Below are positions 63,636 to 64,000 of a stretch of DNA of 64,000 nucleotides, piece after piece. The notes below the pieces were generated by a model. It searched no databases. It saw only the letters and a program-made list of their open reading frames with translations, and was not told where the DNA came from. Position numbers and translations under genes: made by a program. Numbering within the stretch: position 1 is the first letter of the stretch; each line of letters begins with the position of its first letter. Source of the DNA: an uncultured Candidatus Saccharibacteria bacterium (GTDB lineage: Bacteria; Patescibacteriota; Saccharimonadia; Saccharimonadales; JAUPVS01). The DNA lies in the NCBI GenBank assembly GCA_964627095.1, contig CAZVKH010000001.1, forward strand, positions 8,451 through 72,450. Reading direction: 5' to 3'.

Positions 63636-64000
63636 CTAGTCCTTCAGGTCCTTGCCGGTAAGATCAATAAATACGTCCTCGAGGTCGGCTTGCTCAACAT
63701 GCTTTGCCTTTTTAAAGCCACGTTTTAGAAGTTGCTGGACAAGGTTTTTGGGCGTGTCTAAGGCGATGATTTTGCCATTATCCATAATGGCAACGCGATC
63801 ACACAATATCTCGGCCTCTTCCATATAGTGCGTAGTTAAAATGACTGTGACGCCACTATCACGAGTCTTTTTGACCAAGTCCCACAAATGACGGCGAGCT
63901 TGGGGGTCCAACCCAGTGGTGGGTTCGTCCATAAAAAAGACTTTAGGCTTATGTACCAATGAGGCCACAATGCTAAAGCGTTGGCGCTGGCCCCCCGACA
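63636..64000 (-). CDS. ABC transporter ATP-binding protein, C-terminal part (5' end outside window)
   Basis: The frame stays open to the window edge and encodes SGGQRQR (signature) then FMDEPTTGLD (Walker B). Confidence 0.85.
   Translation of the reverse strand, partial: SGGQRQRFSIVASLVHKPKVFFMDEPTTGLDPQARRHLWDLVKKTRDSGVTVILTTHYMEEAEILCDRVAIMDNGKIIALDTPKNLVQQLLKRGFKKAKHVEQADLEDVFIDLTGKDLKD

Noticed and set aside
1-64000. Search by eye for CRISPR arrays, rRNA genes, transposases or integrases, and long tandem repeats
   Set aside because: None was found. The only repeats are the three intergenic element copies, the 12-mer promoter motif and the coding Cys-loop repeats in the LTD protein.

Overview
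This window is a gene-dense, moderate-GC stretch of a small bacterial chromosome. It has short housekeeping operons, many 4-nt gene overlaps, and short TsaB and HrcA genes. It also carries a type IV pilin, ComEC next to a lamin-tail-domain protein, a zwf-gnd-pgl operon and many tiny membrane proteins, with no respiratory genes. That content looks like a Candidate Phyla Radiation / Saccharibacteria-type genome, but this is inference only. I call about 80 CDS, 8 tRNAs, one perfect CIRCE operator and several promoters and terminators read directly from the sequence. The tRNAs are His-GTG, Arg-TCT, Gly-TCC, Pro-TGG, Lys-TTT and three CAT tRNAs (initiator, elongator Met, probable Ile2). I saw no rRNA, CRISPR array, transposase or integrase. 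Best leads, strongest first: (1) a RimK-centred module at 25.2-30.0 kb with a retropepsin-like DUF785 protease, a DUF1704/MATCAP-like HExxxH peptidase, a membrane protein with a poly-Arg tail and a divergent GGDEF-like gene; (2) an unannotated hairpin-rich intergenic element in three copies, each just past the terminator of a tRNA gene (two copies are 65/76 identical; the third keeps both hairpins with different stem sequences); (3) a 12-mer, CTCATGCTTGCA, that contains the -35 of three promoters for apparently leaderless genes, within a window-wide -10-N6-9-ATG leaderless pattern; (4) a consensus promoter, perfect 12-bp palindrome, 27-codon ORF and terminator just downstream of a sigma-factor gene; (5) a Tat-signal-like mini-protein at the head of the tatA-tatC operon; (6) a tail-fibre-like protein plus an Asp-box propeller pair next to tRNA-Ile2. 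All product calls come from motif recognition by eye; no database search was possible.
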